In this document: positions 47,001 through 54,800 of the stretch, piece after piece
How positions within the stretch are numbered: the stretch's first letter is position 1
How the letters are laid out: each line of letters starts with the position of its first letter
Assembly (NCBI GenBank): GCA_007118495.1
Contig: SKRM01000003.1
Coordinates: forward strand, 12,334 to 76,333
Length of the DNA: 64,000 nt
Source of the DNA: Bacteroidales bacterium
GTDB lineage: Bacteria; Bacteroidota; Bacteroidia; Bacteroidales; UBA7960
Reading direction: 5' to 3'
Program-made: the position numbers and the translations under genes
Notes under the pieces: model-generated
Database searches by the model: none
What the model was told of the DNA's origin: nothing
What the model saw: only the letters and a program-made list of their open reading frames with translations

Positions 47001-47777
47001 GACACCAAGACCTGTTATCCCTTCAATTTCTTTTTCAATCACCTCATTGGGAAGGCGGTAGGGGGGAATCCCGTACCTGAGCATTCCACCAGCATGTGGA
47101 CTTGCTTCAAATATATCCACATGGTGTCCATCAATTGCCAGGTAGTATGCAGCAGTTAAACCGCCGGGGCCGGCACCTATCACCGCTACTTTTTTTCCCG
47201 AGGCAGGTTTAACAACAGGCATATAGCGGTTGTCTGAAAACATATCAATATCTGAGGTATACCGTTTAAGGTAGTCAATACCCACGCCGATATCTTCAAG
47301 TAAATTTCGGCGACAAACAAGTTCACACGGCCGCACACATACCCTGCCGCAAATGGCTGGCAAGGGATTGGTTTGCTTGATCAATTCAACCGCTTCTCTG
47401 TGTTTACCCTTGCTGATCATGGATATATATCCCTGAACATCAACCCCTGCAGGACATTCTTCACGGCATGGAGGGGCACAGTCGGCATAATGGTTGCTGA
47501 CCAATAGTTCAAGGCTGAATTTTCTTGACCTGTGCACCCGGTCATTATCTGTTTCAATGCGCATCCCTTCAGTAATTCTGGTAGAACAGGCCGGCTGCAA
47601 ACCGCGCATACCTTCTACCTCAACTACACATAAATAGCAAGACGAAAACGGTTCAAGCCTGTCGTCATGACATAGTGTGGGAATTTCTATGTCCAGTCTC
47701 CGGGCCATTTCTAAAATGGTTTCACCCTTGATACCCTGTACTATTTTACCGTTAATGATGATATTGAGTTTACCCAT
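44088..47777 (-). CDS. NuoG/HydA-N-like FeS subunit fused to a GltD-like NAD(P)H flavoenzyme and a MopB-like domain (BfuA/NfnA-like)
   Basis: 1229 aa with four parts. (1) aa 1-80: plant-type 2Fe-2S, C36/C47/C50/C64. (2) aa ~95-510: GltD-like, with CAPPCREECP, CGRVCVRPCELVC, VAVIGAGPGG, GGMLRYGIPPYRLP, VIGGGNTAMD. (3) aa ~575-695: FeS clusters CLECGCSELHTC, CILCSRCIRIC, CESCGLCIDTCP. (4) aa 705-1229: CNYCSVGCQ..C plus a molybdopterin-oxidoreductase-like fold. Confidence 0.8.
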   Translation of the reverse strand: MGKLNIIINGKIVQGIKGETILEMARRLDIEIPTLCHDDRLEPFSSCYLCVVEVEGMRGLQPACSTRITEGMRIETDNDRVHRSRKFSLELLVSNHYADCAPPCREECPAGVDVQGYISMISKGKHREAVELIKQTNPLPAICGRVCVRPCELVCRRNLLEDIGVGIDYLKRYTSDIDMFSDNRYMPVVKPASGKKVAVIGAGPGGLTAAYYLAIDGHHVDIFEASPHAGGMLRYGIPPYRLPNEVIEKEIEGITGLGVNIHYGKKLGDNLNYAELKNKYDASILAIGSQKGTGIGCENDDAGNIFSGIDFLRNMEMTGQKYDFTGKKVAVIGGGNTAMDCCRTAKRCGAEDVTVIYRRTEKEMPANPIEIHESKLEGINYMFLTAPARVNKDKNGNLESLSCIRMELGEPDASGRRRPVKIEGSEFDVKLDFILAAIGQKTVVDFIDNISEHAGRELKLNKWGDIDADTNTLQTSIDNVFACGDGVTGPATLIEAIAQGRLAANSCSKWLRNEEITPPVKEFLSKKDHFEKQVSEEYHGHFKEQIREEMPTLDPQARDNFNEVELGYRQQAAIEETRRCLECGCSELHTCDLKKYASQYKAEQRRFGGEYRKYQVDFGHPFIEIDNNKCILCSRCIRICSEVNGANALGLVNRGFDTHIAPSMDGRLQDTQCESCGLCIDTCPTGALTENVPFKTMPVPTDVMTTICNYCSVGCQIELHHKGGFVSRTTGSKGLINKNGNICRYAKFGYHYLNDKSRITKPLKKIDGKFVEISFKEAFETILEKISSVQPAENGFYIGARLTNEEMYLIQKLARAGVKTNQVSSFHYMGRGGGYFLNSQFSVPLTQISKAGRIYIFDSEINYEHGVPGYEAFNTHFNQGTPFELITSKNNNSMKQKATRVVQMLSGYYFVKAVLHYVLSNKMENMVFIDDHCDAFETYREKVLSEDFGHLLNEAGCSEEEIARFAREFNQEPHAILIFSEKNVSAQTSQELRNLCMITGKSGKTASGLIPLKEKNNAQGLLDMGACAALAPGGNMMSEPKVVEKLAEIWGLDTMQAYIEQDQWALLSAGKIKNAFIFCEDPAGCALEGQMVTNTLKKTEFLVVQDLFMSDTAQLADLVLPASLHTEIGGSFTNTQKFIQQFEPVSQSNLEFSSLTQLKALLFGLGIKADYEGPADVMLEVASFVGNQSKGLYRLAYTTHEANKKMFDHGCDYLVKRFDDNWKNTFLNT

Positions 47778-47811
47778 GATTTCAAGTTGGAGTTGATTGA
47801 TTTTTTAATGA

Positions 47812-49590
47812 TCAGCTGATGGCTATGGCTTCAAATTTACACCTGGTAAGACAAACACCACATTGAATGCATAGCTCCTGGTCAATGTGATGCACCTGCT
47901 TTCTTTGTCCGGTAATGGCATCTACAGGGCAACCCTTGATACAAGCCATACATCCGGTGCATTTTTCTTCTGCGACAGTGTAGGTGAGTAATTTTTTGCA
48001 ACTTAGTGCGGGACATTTCTTATCGCGGATATGAGCTTCATACTCATCACGGAAATACTTAATGGTGGTAAGAACTGGATTGGGAGCAGTTTGCCCCAGT
48101 CCACAAAGTGAACTGTCTTTGATGGTTTCAGCAATCTCTTCAAGCAACTCAATATCGCCCTCTTTGCCTTCGCCCCCGGTAATCCGGGTAAGTGTCTCGA
48201 GCATACGTTTGGTTCCTATCCGGCAGAATGTGCATTTGCCACATGACTCCTTCTGTGTGAAATCAAGAAAAAATCTGGCGATGTCTACAACACAGGTTGT
48301 TTCATCCATGACCACCATACCTCCCGAACCCATGATGGCCCCGGTAGCGTTTACAGAATCATAATCAACCAGGGTATGTGAAAGGTGCTCGGGAATGCAA
48401 CCCCCTGAAGGACCTCCCAGCTGAACCGCCTTAAACCTTTTATTGTCAGTGATACCACCTCCAAGATTATAAATTATATCCTTGATGCTGATACCCATAG
48501 GAACTTCTACGAGTCCGCCGTGCCTGATTTTTCCTGTCAGGGCAAAAACCTTTGTTCCCTTTGATTTTTCTGTGCCATAACTGGCATATTTTTCGGGTCC
48601 ATGGTAAATGATCCATGGAATATTGATAAAAGTTTCGACGTTGTTTATATTGGTTGGATGTTTCCAGAGCCCTGCCTCGGCCGGAAACGGAGGCCGTCGC
48701 CTTGGCATGCCCCTGGCTCCCTCAATGGAGGCAATCAGGGCTGTTTCTTCGCCACAAACAAATGCTCCGGCGCCTTCTTTGATCTGCACATCAAAATCAA
48801 ATCCGCTGATCCCAAAAAGATTTTTACCGAGGTAACCTTTTTCTCTTGCCTGTACAATGGCCAGATTCAGACGTTTGATAGCCAGGGGATATTCTGCCCT
48901 GCAGTATATATATCCCGCATTGGCACCAATGGCATAGCCACAGATGATCATGCCTTCAAGCACGCCATGTGGATCGCCTTCAAGAATGGATCTGTCCATA
49001 AATGCGCCGGGATCACCTTCGTCGGCATTGCATATGACATATTTTTGCTCTGATTGATGATTTCGCGCAAACCTCCATTTCATGCCGGTAAGAAAGCCAC
49101 CGCCACCACGTCCTCTGATGCCCGAATCCAATACAGATTGAATAACCTGGTCGGGACTGATATTCTGGCCTGCAATTTTCCTGATGGCCTTGTAACCATC
49201 ACGTGCTTCATATTCACCAATTGACTCGGGGTCAATATGACCACAGTTTCTCAAACTTATCTTTACCTGACCTTCAAAAAACTGTGCATCAGCAGATACT
49301 ATTTTGTCAGATTGTACGATATACTCAGGAATCGGGGTGAATTTCCTTATATGTTTGTCAATGATTTCATCCACCCTCGGGATATCCACTTCGCCATACA
49401 TATAGGTTCCGGTATCATCTATAATCTCAACCAAAGGTTCCTTGTAGCACATGCCGATACAACTGGTTTTCTTGAGTTCAATATCCAGTTTGTCTGATTC
49501 GATAATGCGTTGGAACTCTTTGTATGTTTTGTTGGCTCCTGCAGCTATCCCACAACTTCCCAGGCCTACGATTACCTTTGTTTGTCCCAT
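47812..49590 (-). CDS. NuoF/HydB/HndC-like FMN- and NAD(H)-binding FeS subunit (BfuB-like)
   Basis: 592 aa. N-terminal thioredoxin-like 2Fe-2S region (GSCGIAAG..CIGMC). GRGGGGFLTGMKW FMN/NADH site. CGKCTFCRIG 4Fe-4S. C-terminal 2x[4Fe-4S] (CTGCMACIKGCP, CIQCGVCLTRC). Confidence 0.9.
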   Translation of the reverse strand: MGQTKVIVGLGSCGIAAGANKTYKEFQRIIESDKLDIELKKTSCIGMCYKEPLVEIIDDTGTYMYGEVDIPRVDEIIDKHIRKFTPIPEYIVQSDKIVSADAQFFEGQVKISLRNCGHIDPESIGEYEARDGYKAIRKIAGQNISPDQVIQSVLDSGIRGRGGGGFLTGMKWRFARNHQSEQKYVICNADEGDPGAFMDRSILEGDPHGVLEGMIICGYAIGANAGYIYCRAEYPLAIKRLNLAIVQAREKGYLGKNLFGISGFDFDVQIKEGAGAFVCGEETALIASIEGARGMPRRRPPFPAEAGLWKHPTNINNVETFINIPWIIYHGPEKYASYGTEKSKGTKVFALTGKIRHGGLVEVPMGISIKDIIYNLGGGITDNKRFKAVQLGGPSGGCIPEHLSHTLVDYDSVNATGAIMGSGGMVVMDETTCVVDIARFFLDFTQKESCGKCTFCRIGTKRMLETLTRITGGEGKEGDIELLEEIAETIKDSSLCGLGQTAPNPVLTTIKYFRDEYEAHIRDKKCPALSCKKLLTYTVAEEKCTGCMACIKGCPVDAITGQRKQVHHIDQELCIQCGVCLTRCKFEAIAIS

Positions 49591-49610
49591 GGTAATTATA
49601 TCTTTTGGTA

Positions 49611-50132
49611 TTAATTGATTTCGCTTCTGCGTATTTCTTTGATGATCTTTACAGCTTCCTTTGGCGTTAATTTCCCATAGGTTTCTTCTCCGATCATCAT
49701 TACGGGCGCCAGTGAGCAGCAGCCCAGGCAGGCTACTGTTTCAACAGTAAATAGCCGGTCAGAGGTGGTTTCACCGTCTTTGATCTGCAGCATATCAAGT
49801 ATTTCATCGGTAATAGCTGTTACACTCTGAACATGACAGGCTGTCCCATGGCACATTTTTACAATGTGTTTTCCGGCGGGTGCCAGCCTGAATTGCGCAT
49901 AAAATGTAGCTACTCCGTACATTTCATTCAGTTCAAGACCTGTTTCTTCATGGATGCGGTAAAAGGCCGCACGGGGAAGAAATCCATATATATCCTGTGT
50001 GCCCTGCAACAAGGGTATAAGGTTCCCTTTTTTTGTTTTGTATTTTGCAATGAGTCCATCCATCAGGCTTAGATCAACCTGAATCTCGGGTGTTTCATTT
50101 ATTTGCCGGGGCTTGATTCTTTCAATGCGCAT
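49611..50132 (-). CDS. NuoE/HydC/HndA-like 2Fe-2S subunit (BfuC-like)
   Basis: 173 aa. MCHGTACHV and CLGCCSLAPVMMI provide the four cluster cysteines. Confidence 0.9.
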   Translation of the reverse strand: MRIERIKPRQINETPEIQVDLSLMDGLIAKYKTKKGNLIPLLQGTQDIYGFLPRAAFYRIHEETGLELNEMYGVATFYAQFRLAPAGKHIVKMCHGTACHVQSVTAITDEILDMLQIKDGETTSDRLFTVETVACLGCCSLAPVMMIGEETYGKLTPKEAVKIIKEIRRSEIN

Positions 50133-50282
50133 AATTGCAGTGGGTTTTACTGTTTCTGGCTGAAAATTACATAAAAATAGAGCAGGGGTCGAAAATGTAA
50201 TAAATATTTTTTTTGAACTATATTTCTTGCATATATCGAAAATATTTATATGGTTTTATGCAAAATCAAAGACTGTATCATT

Positions 50283-50322
50283 AAAAAAACCGGGGTTATT
50301 TGCATTAAGCAAAAACCCCGGT
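50283..50322 (-). terminator. Rho-independent terminator after glutamate dehydrogenase 1
   Basis: On the minus strand: ACCGGGGTT, a 16-nt loop, AACCCCGGT, then a T7 tract. It lies 56 nt downstream of the gdh stop and separates gdh from the nuoE-like operon. Confidence 0.7.
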
Positions 50323-50377
50323 AGTATCAAATCTGGTTAAGTCAAATGCAAACTCATTCTTAACCTTGCTGTTAATC

Positions 50378-51715
50378 TTAGATTACGCCCTGGTCAATCA
50401 TGGCATCGGCTACCTTTATAAAGCCTGCAATGTTTGCTCCTTTAACGTAGTTTATGTATCCATCCTCTTCTGTACCATGTTTCTTGCAAGCTTCATGAAT
50501 GTTCTTCATGATCTGGTGCAGTTTTTCCTCAACTTCTTCAGCTGTCCAGTTGAGTTTCATGGCATTTTGGGTCTGCTCAAGACCTGATGTGGCTACACCA
50601 CCTGCATTGGCAGCTTTGCCGGGGCCGTATAGTACCTTGGCTTCCTGAAGAATTTCAACTGCTTCAGGCGTACAGGGCATATTGGCTCCTTCTGAAATCG
50701 CCATGACGCCATTATTCACCAGGTTTTTGGCGTCTTCTACATCAAGCTCATTCTGGATGGCGCAGGGCATGGCTATGTCGCACTTGACTTCCCACGGACG
50801 CTTGCCTTCAAAGAATTGTGCATTGGGGAATTCATAGGTATATGGCTTTACAATATCCTGGTTTGAGGCACGAAGTTCGAGCAGATAGTCGATCTTATCG
50901 CCAGAAATTCCATCCGGATCATATACATAACCATCAGGACCACTAATGGTAACTACTTTTGCACCCAGCTGGGTTGCCTTGCTGGCAGCACCCCATGATA
51001 CGTTACCGAATCCTGAAATAGCTACGGTTTTACCCTGAAGCTTCTCACCACGGGTTTTGAGCATTTCTTCTGCAAAGTATACAGCTCCGTATCCGGTAGC
51101 CTCAGGACGGATCAGGCTGCCGCCCCAGTTACGTCCCTTGCCTGTGAATGTGCCGGTATGCTCGCCTGTAAGCTTTTTGTACATACCAAACATATAACCA
51201 ATTTCACGGCCACCAACTCCAATGTCTCCTGCCGGAATATCGGTGTCTGGTCCGATGTATTTATACAGCTCAGCCATGAATGCCTGGCAGAAACGCATAA
51301 TTTCAGACTGGGACTTGCCTTTTGGGTCAAAGTCAGATCCGCCTTTTGCACCACCCATTGGAAGTGTGGTCAGGCTGTTTTTGAAAATCTGCTCAAAACC
51401 AAGGAATTTCAGTCCGCTGAGGGTAACACTTGGGTGGAAGCGACAACCGCCTTTATAAGGCCCGATAGCATTGTTAAATTGCACACGGTAACCTCTGTTT
51501 ACATGCACATTGCCTTTGTCATCAACCCATTGAACTTTGAAGGAAATCACCCTATCGGGCTCAGTTATTCTTTCAATAATGTTAGCAGCCTGATATTTTG
51601 GGTTTTCAGCAACCACGTCAATGATGGTTTCAAGAACTTCCCTTGCTGCTTGCAAAAACTCTTTTTCGCCCGGATTCTTGCGTTCCAGGTCAGCCATTAT
51701 TTTTTCTAAATTCAT
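50378..51715 (-). CDS. gdh: Hexameric glutamate dehydrogenase, Clostridium symbiosum / Bacteroides GdhB-like dinucleotide fingerprint (probably NAD(H)-preferring)
   Basis: 445 aa. [15 protein letters not shown] catalytic Lys region. Rossmann turn ISGFGNVSWGAA followed by TISGPDGYVYDPDG, which I recall from the NAD-specific C. symbiosum enzyme. Confidence 0.9.
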   Translation of the reverse strand: MNLEKIMADLERKNPGEKEFLQAAREVLETIIDVVAENPKYQAANIIERITEPDRVISFKVQWVDDKGNVHVNRGYRVQFNNAIGPYKGGCRFHPSVTLSGLKFLGFEQIFKNSLTTLPMGGAKGGSDFDPKGKSQSEIMRFCQAFMAELYKYIGPDTDIPAGDIGVGGREIGYMFGMYKKLTGEHTGTFTGKGRNWGGSLIRPEATGYGAVYFAEEMLKTRGEKLQGKTVAISGFGNVSWGAASKATQLGAKVVTISGPDGYVYDPDGISGDKIDYLLELRASNQDIVKPYTYEFPNAQFFEGKRPWEVKCDIAMPCAIQNELDVEDAKNLVNNGVMAISEGANMPCTPEAVEILQEAKVLYGPGKAANAGGVATSGLEQTQNAMKLNWTAEEVEEKLHQIMKNIHEACKKHGTEEDGYINYVKGANIAGFIKVADAMIDQGVI

Positions 51716-51779
51716 AATACGGTAATTTAAAAAATTGTTAATAAAGCTTGCTGTTAATTAATTAGCAATTCAAAGGCGA

Positions 51780-51793
51780 AATTAGGCCTAATT
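51780..51793. repeat. Perfect 14-bp palindrome AATTAGGCCTAATT in the gap between the 992-aa gene and gdh (candidate operator)
   Basis: Read directly from the sequence. Flanked by two copies of TAATTAATT (about 51756 and 51789). The stem is too AT-rich and the loop too short for a convincing terminator. Confidence 0.4.
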
Positions 51794-51821
51794 AATTGAT
51801 TTAGCAAAGAAAAAGGGGAAA

Positions 51822-54800
51822 TTATTTTTCAGGTTTTAATACAATTCCTGTCTTTTTACTGCCGTCAATTTTGATCACTGCCGGACAGTTAAAACCAACA
51901 TGTCTGATATAGTCATCTTCAAAGGCTGCATCTTGCTCTTCAAGATATGAAGTGTCATAATAACCATCTTTAACGTAAGGGTTTATGGTAAAATATCCTA
52001 CATGAAAAGAGGTGAGGTTCTGGAAAAAGTGTGTACCCTGGCTCGGATCAATGTGATAGTCTTTCAGACTTGACTCAACAATCAGCCTGGCGGCCGAGAT
52101 CTGCGCCCATTTTACAGGTATGCCCAACCATGGATCATTGGAGCCCCAGCGTCCGGGTCCGATAAGAATGTAATTCTTGCCTTCTTTGGCAAGCATGGCA
52201 TTCAACTTGTTAATAGTCAATGCCATTTCTTTGGTTTTGGCCGGATCGAAAGCTCGGGGTTTTACGTAAACTATATCCCTGATGTTGTCAATTATTCCAT
52301 TGCCCAGTGCATTTCTGCTTATTATTATTGACTCACTGGGTTTGCAGATATTGACCCTGACCCTGTTCTTCTCTTGTGTTGCAACAACAGGTCTGATCTG
52401 GAGAAAATGAAACTGCCTATTCTCTCCTTTGGGAACATCAAGGTTAACCGCAAATTCAATTTCTACCTGGTTGTTCATCTCCTGCTGCCCGGTTTGCAAA
52501 AGTTTTTGCACAATTTCGGCAAGCGGAAAAGATTGGTGTTTTATGACATTGGCAAAAGTAATGATCCTGGTGCCAGTCTCGTATATTCCATCTCTGATGA
52601 TCTGGTCTTCATAATCATAGGTTGATGCCACGAATTTCAGAGCCGACTCACCTTTTATATTTCTTATTTTTATATGGTGTAAATTGATGGTTTCATCCAC
52701 AGCTGGTTGAAACTTTTCCGGATCAAGGTTCAGGCTATAGAACTCTTTTTGGCTGTCACGAAGGGCAATATCAGTGTTTGCCAGTTGCAGTGCCTTTTGA
52801 GGATATCGTGGACAGAAGCGAAGCGACATTCCCCCATCCATGATGGTTTTACCCAAACCAAATGCAATATTGGCGATACCATCTTCATATTTTTCAGGAT
52901 CAATTGGATAGAAATTCACCGACCTGGCCACGCCCGATATGGTAGGATAAAACATATTACCGTACGACCTTCCTGAAATCTCCTGGATCACCACAGCCAT
53001 TTTTTCCTCATCAATTACATTTGAAGTAGCCTCGATATATGACTTACTTTCCTGATAAAATACTGAAGCATATACACTTTTTATTGCCTGTTCAAGCTGC
53101 TGAATCCTTACATTGAGATCATGGTGGTTGTTGGGAATCATGTATGTCGAGTATACTCCTGCAAAAGGCTGATAGTGACTATCCTCAAGAAGACTTGAAG
53201 AGCGGACTGCCAGAGGCGATTTGAAAAATTCAACGATTTCCTTTGCATATGATTTCATTCTTGACGGTGTTCTGGCATAGATGAATTTTTCAAGAACGTC
53301 CTTGTCATTCAGCTGGGCAAGTGCCACCGAATACATATCGTTTTCTTCCATGAACTCATCAAAAATATCGGTGGTCAAAACCACGGTTCTGGGCACAGAA
53401 ACAGTCACACCATCCCAGCGATACATAATTTTATGCTTATTGATTACAGAGTCAATGAAGGCTAACCCCCGGGCTTTTCCGCCAAGCTGACCATCTCCAA
53501 GCCTGGTGAATACGGCATACTCATCAAGGTGGCTGGCAATGATGCCCCGCCCTTTGGTTCTTCTGTAATTGGCAATGGTGTCAATAAGGTAGTTTCGGAT
53601 TTCTTCAATATTATTGAAGTCATCGCGGCTTTTCTGTGCAAAAACATTGGCGATTGAAAACAATGCCCTGGCTTTCAGCCACCTTGAAAAATGATTGTTA
53701 GATACATGATATTCCAATACCTTGGGTTCAGCCTTGGAGATTTTTACCTGCAATGAATGCAGATTATTTGCCCGGCCTGACTCAATCCCGGTTGACGGAT
53801 CCTTAAATACAAAATCTCCAAAGCCGTAGTTTTCTTTGATATAGTGCTTAAGCTCAATGAGAAGGGTGTTGGAATATTTGTCGATAAAACTGACATCAAT
53901 ATCTTTGTTGATTGTTGCGTCCCATTTTTCAGATGACTGCAGCAGGATAGGGATATTCGGGTTTTTTTTCCGCACATGTTTGGCCAGCTTTACCCCGGCC
54001 TGGTCATCACGCTCTCCTTCTCTGGTATAACTAATGTCTGAAATAATTCCCAGCAGGTTGTCCTTGTATTTTTTATATAATTCAACGGCTTCTTCATAGG
54101 TTTTGGCCAGCAGTATTTTTGGCCTGGCACGCATTCGGAGCGTTTTGCGGTGTTCATTCAGGCCCTCAGTCATCAGTTCATTGGTCTGGTCAAAAATAAC
54201 CTTGTAAATGGTGGGCAGGTAAGATGAATAATACCGAATAGAGTCTTCAACAAGCAAGATGCCCTGTACACCGATCTTCTCAATATCAAAATCAGCATTC
54301 ATTCTGTCTTCAAGCAGTTTGATGATTGCCAGAAGCAGCCCTGCATTGCCAAGCCAGCTGAATACGTAGTCAATGGAGCTGAGGTCTTCGTTACGCAACT
54401 TAATGGAGACCTCTCTTGAGAAATGGGTAAGTACTACAATGGGAATGCCCGGATGTTTCTTTTTAACTTTTTTAGCCATTTCGAAACAATCAATCTTTCC
54501 GACATTGAGCATGGTAATCACCAGATCAAAATCTTTTTCCTTCATCAGATTGAAGGCCTCTTCTGATGAACTGGCTTTGGTAAACTGGGGCGGATACCTT
54601 AGGTTTTTTGATGTGTACTCCAGAAATATTTTCTCATTGATCCGGCCATCTTCTTCAAGCATAAACGCATCGTAATTACTGCAAATGAGCAACACATTGA
54701 TGATGCGCTTTTGCATAAGGTCTTCATATGATATCTCCTTAAACTCGTATGTATCGGTCGCGTAGCTATCGTCGTATTTATATTTTGAGTATTCTTTCAT
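51822..54800 (-). CDS. Pseudo-receiver + receiver + PEP-synthase/PPDK-type ATP-grasp + swivel-like C-terminal domain protein (paralog B)
   Basis: 992 aa.
- Pseudo-receiver, aa ~33-170: FDLVITMLN, with Met at the acceptor position.
- Receiver, aa ~178-310: ILLVEDS, IISD(255)IS, LLQSS, FIDK.
- PPDK_N motifs: GGKARGLAF, AVRSSSLLEDSHYQPFAG, MAVVIQE, ISGVARSVNFYP, EIEFAV, FLQIRP.
- C-terminus: ILIGPGRWG, GIPVKW, SQGTH(924)FFQN.
- No PEP/pyruvate TIM barrel. Confidence 0.75.
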   Translation of the reverse strand: MKEYSKYKYDDSYATDTYEFKEISYEDLMQKRIINVLLICSNYDAFMLEEDGRINEKIFLEYTSKNLRYPPQFTKASSSEEAFNLMKEKDFDLVITMLNVGKIDCFEMAKKVKKKHPGIPIVVLTHFSREVSIKLRNEDLSSIDYVFSWLGNAGLLLAIIKLLEDRMNADFDIEKIGVQGILLVEDSIRYYSSYLPTIYKVIFDQTNELMTEGLNEHRKTLRMRARPKILLAKTYEEAVELYKKYKDNLLGIISDISYTREGERDDQAGVKLAKHVRKKNPNIPILLQSSEKWDATINKDIDVSFIDKYSNTLLIELKHYIKENYGFGDFVFKDPSTGIESGRANNLHSLQVKISKAEPKVLEYHVSNNHFSRWLKARALFSIANVFAQKSRDDFNNIEEIRNYLIDTIANYRRTKGRGIIASHLDEYAVFTRLGDGQLGGKARGLAFIDSVINKHKIMYRWDGVTVSVPRTVVLTTDIFDEFMEENDMYSVALAQLNDKDVLEKFIYARTPSRMKSYAKEIVEFFKSPLAVRSSSLLEDSHYQPFAGVYSTYMIPNNHHDLNVRIQQLEQAIKSVYASVFYQESKSYIEATSNVIDEEKMAVVIQEISGRSYGNMFYPTISGVARSVNFYPIDPEKYEDGIANIAFGLGKTIMDGGMSLRFCPRYPQKALQLANTDIALRDSQKEFYSLNLDPEKFQPAVDETINLHHIKIRNIKGESALKFVASTYDYEDQIIRDGIYETGTRIITFANVIKHQSFPLAEIVQKLLQTGQQEMNNQVEIEFAVNLDVPKGENRQFHFLQIRPVVATQEKNRVRVNICKPSESIIISRNALGNGIIDNIRDIVYVKPRAFDPAKTKEMALTINKLNAMLAKEGKNYILIGPGRWGSNDPWLGIPVKWAQISAARLIVESSLKDYHIDPSQGTHFFQNLTSFHVGYFTINPYVKDGYYDTSYLEEQDAAFEDDYIRHVGFNCPAVIKIDGSKKTGIVLKPEK

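Noticed and set aside
37198-50132. Interpreting the Mrp operon plus the NuoEFG-like operon as one membrane-bound respiratory complex (Mbh/Mbx/complex-I-like).
   Set aside because: The two operons are separated by an oppositely oriented hsp20 gene, a bidirectional terminator and a 320-bp promoter region. No NuoB/D/H/I-like connecting subunits are present.
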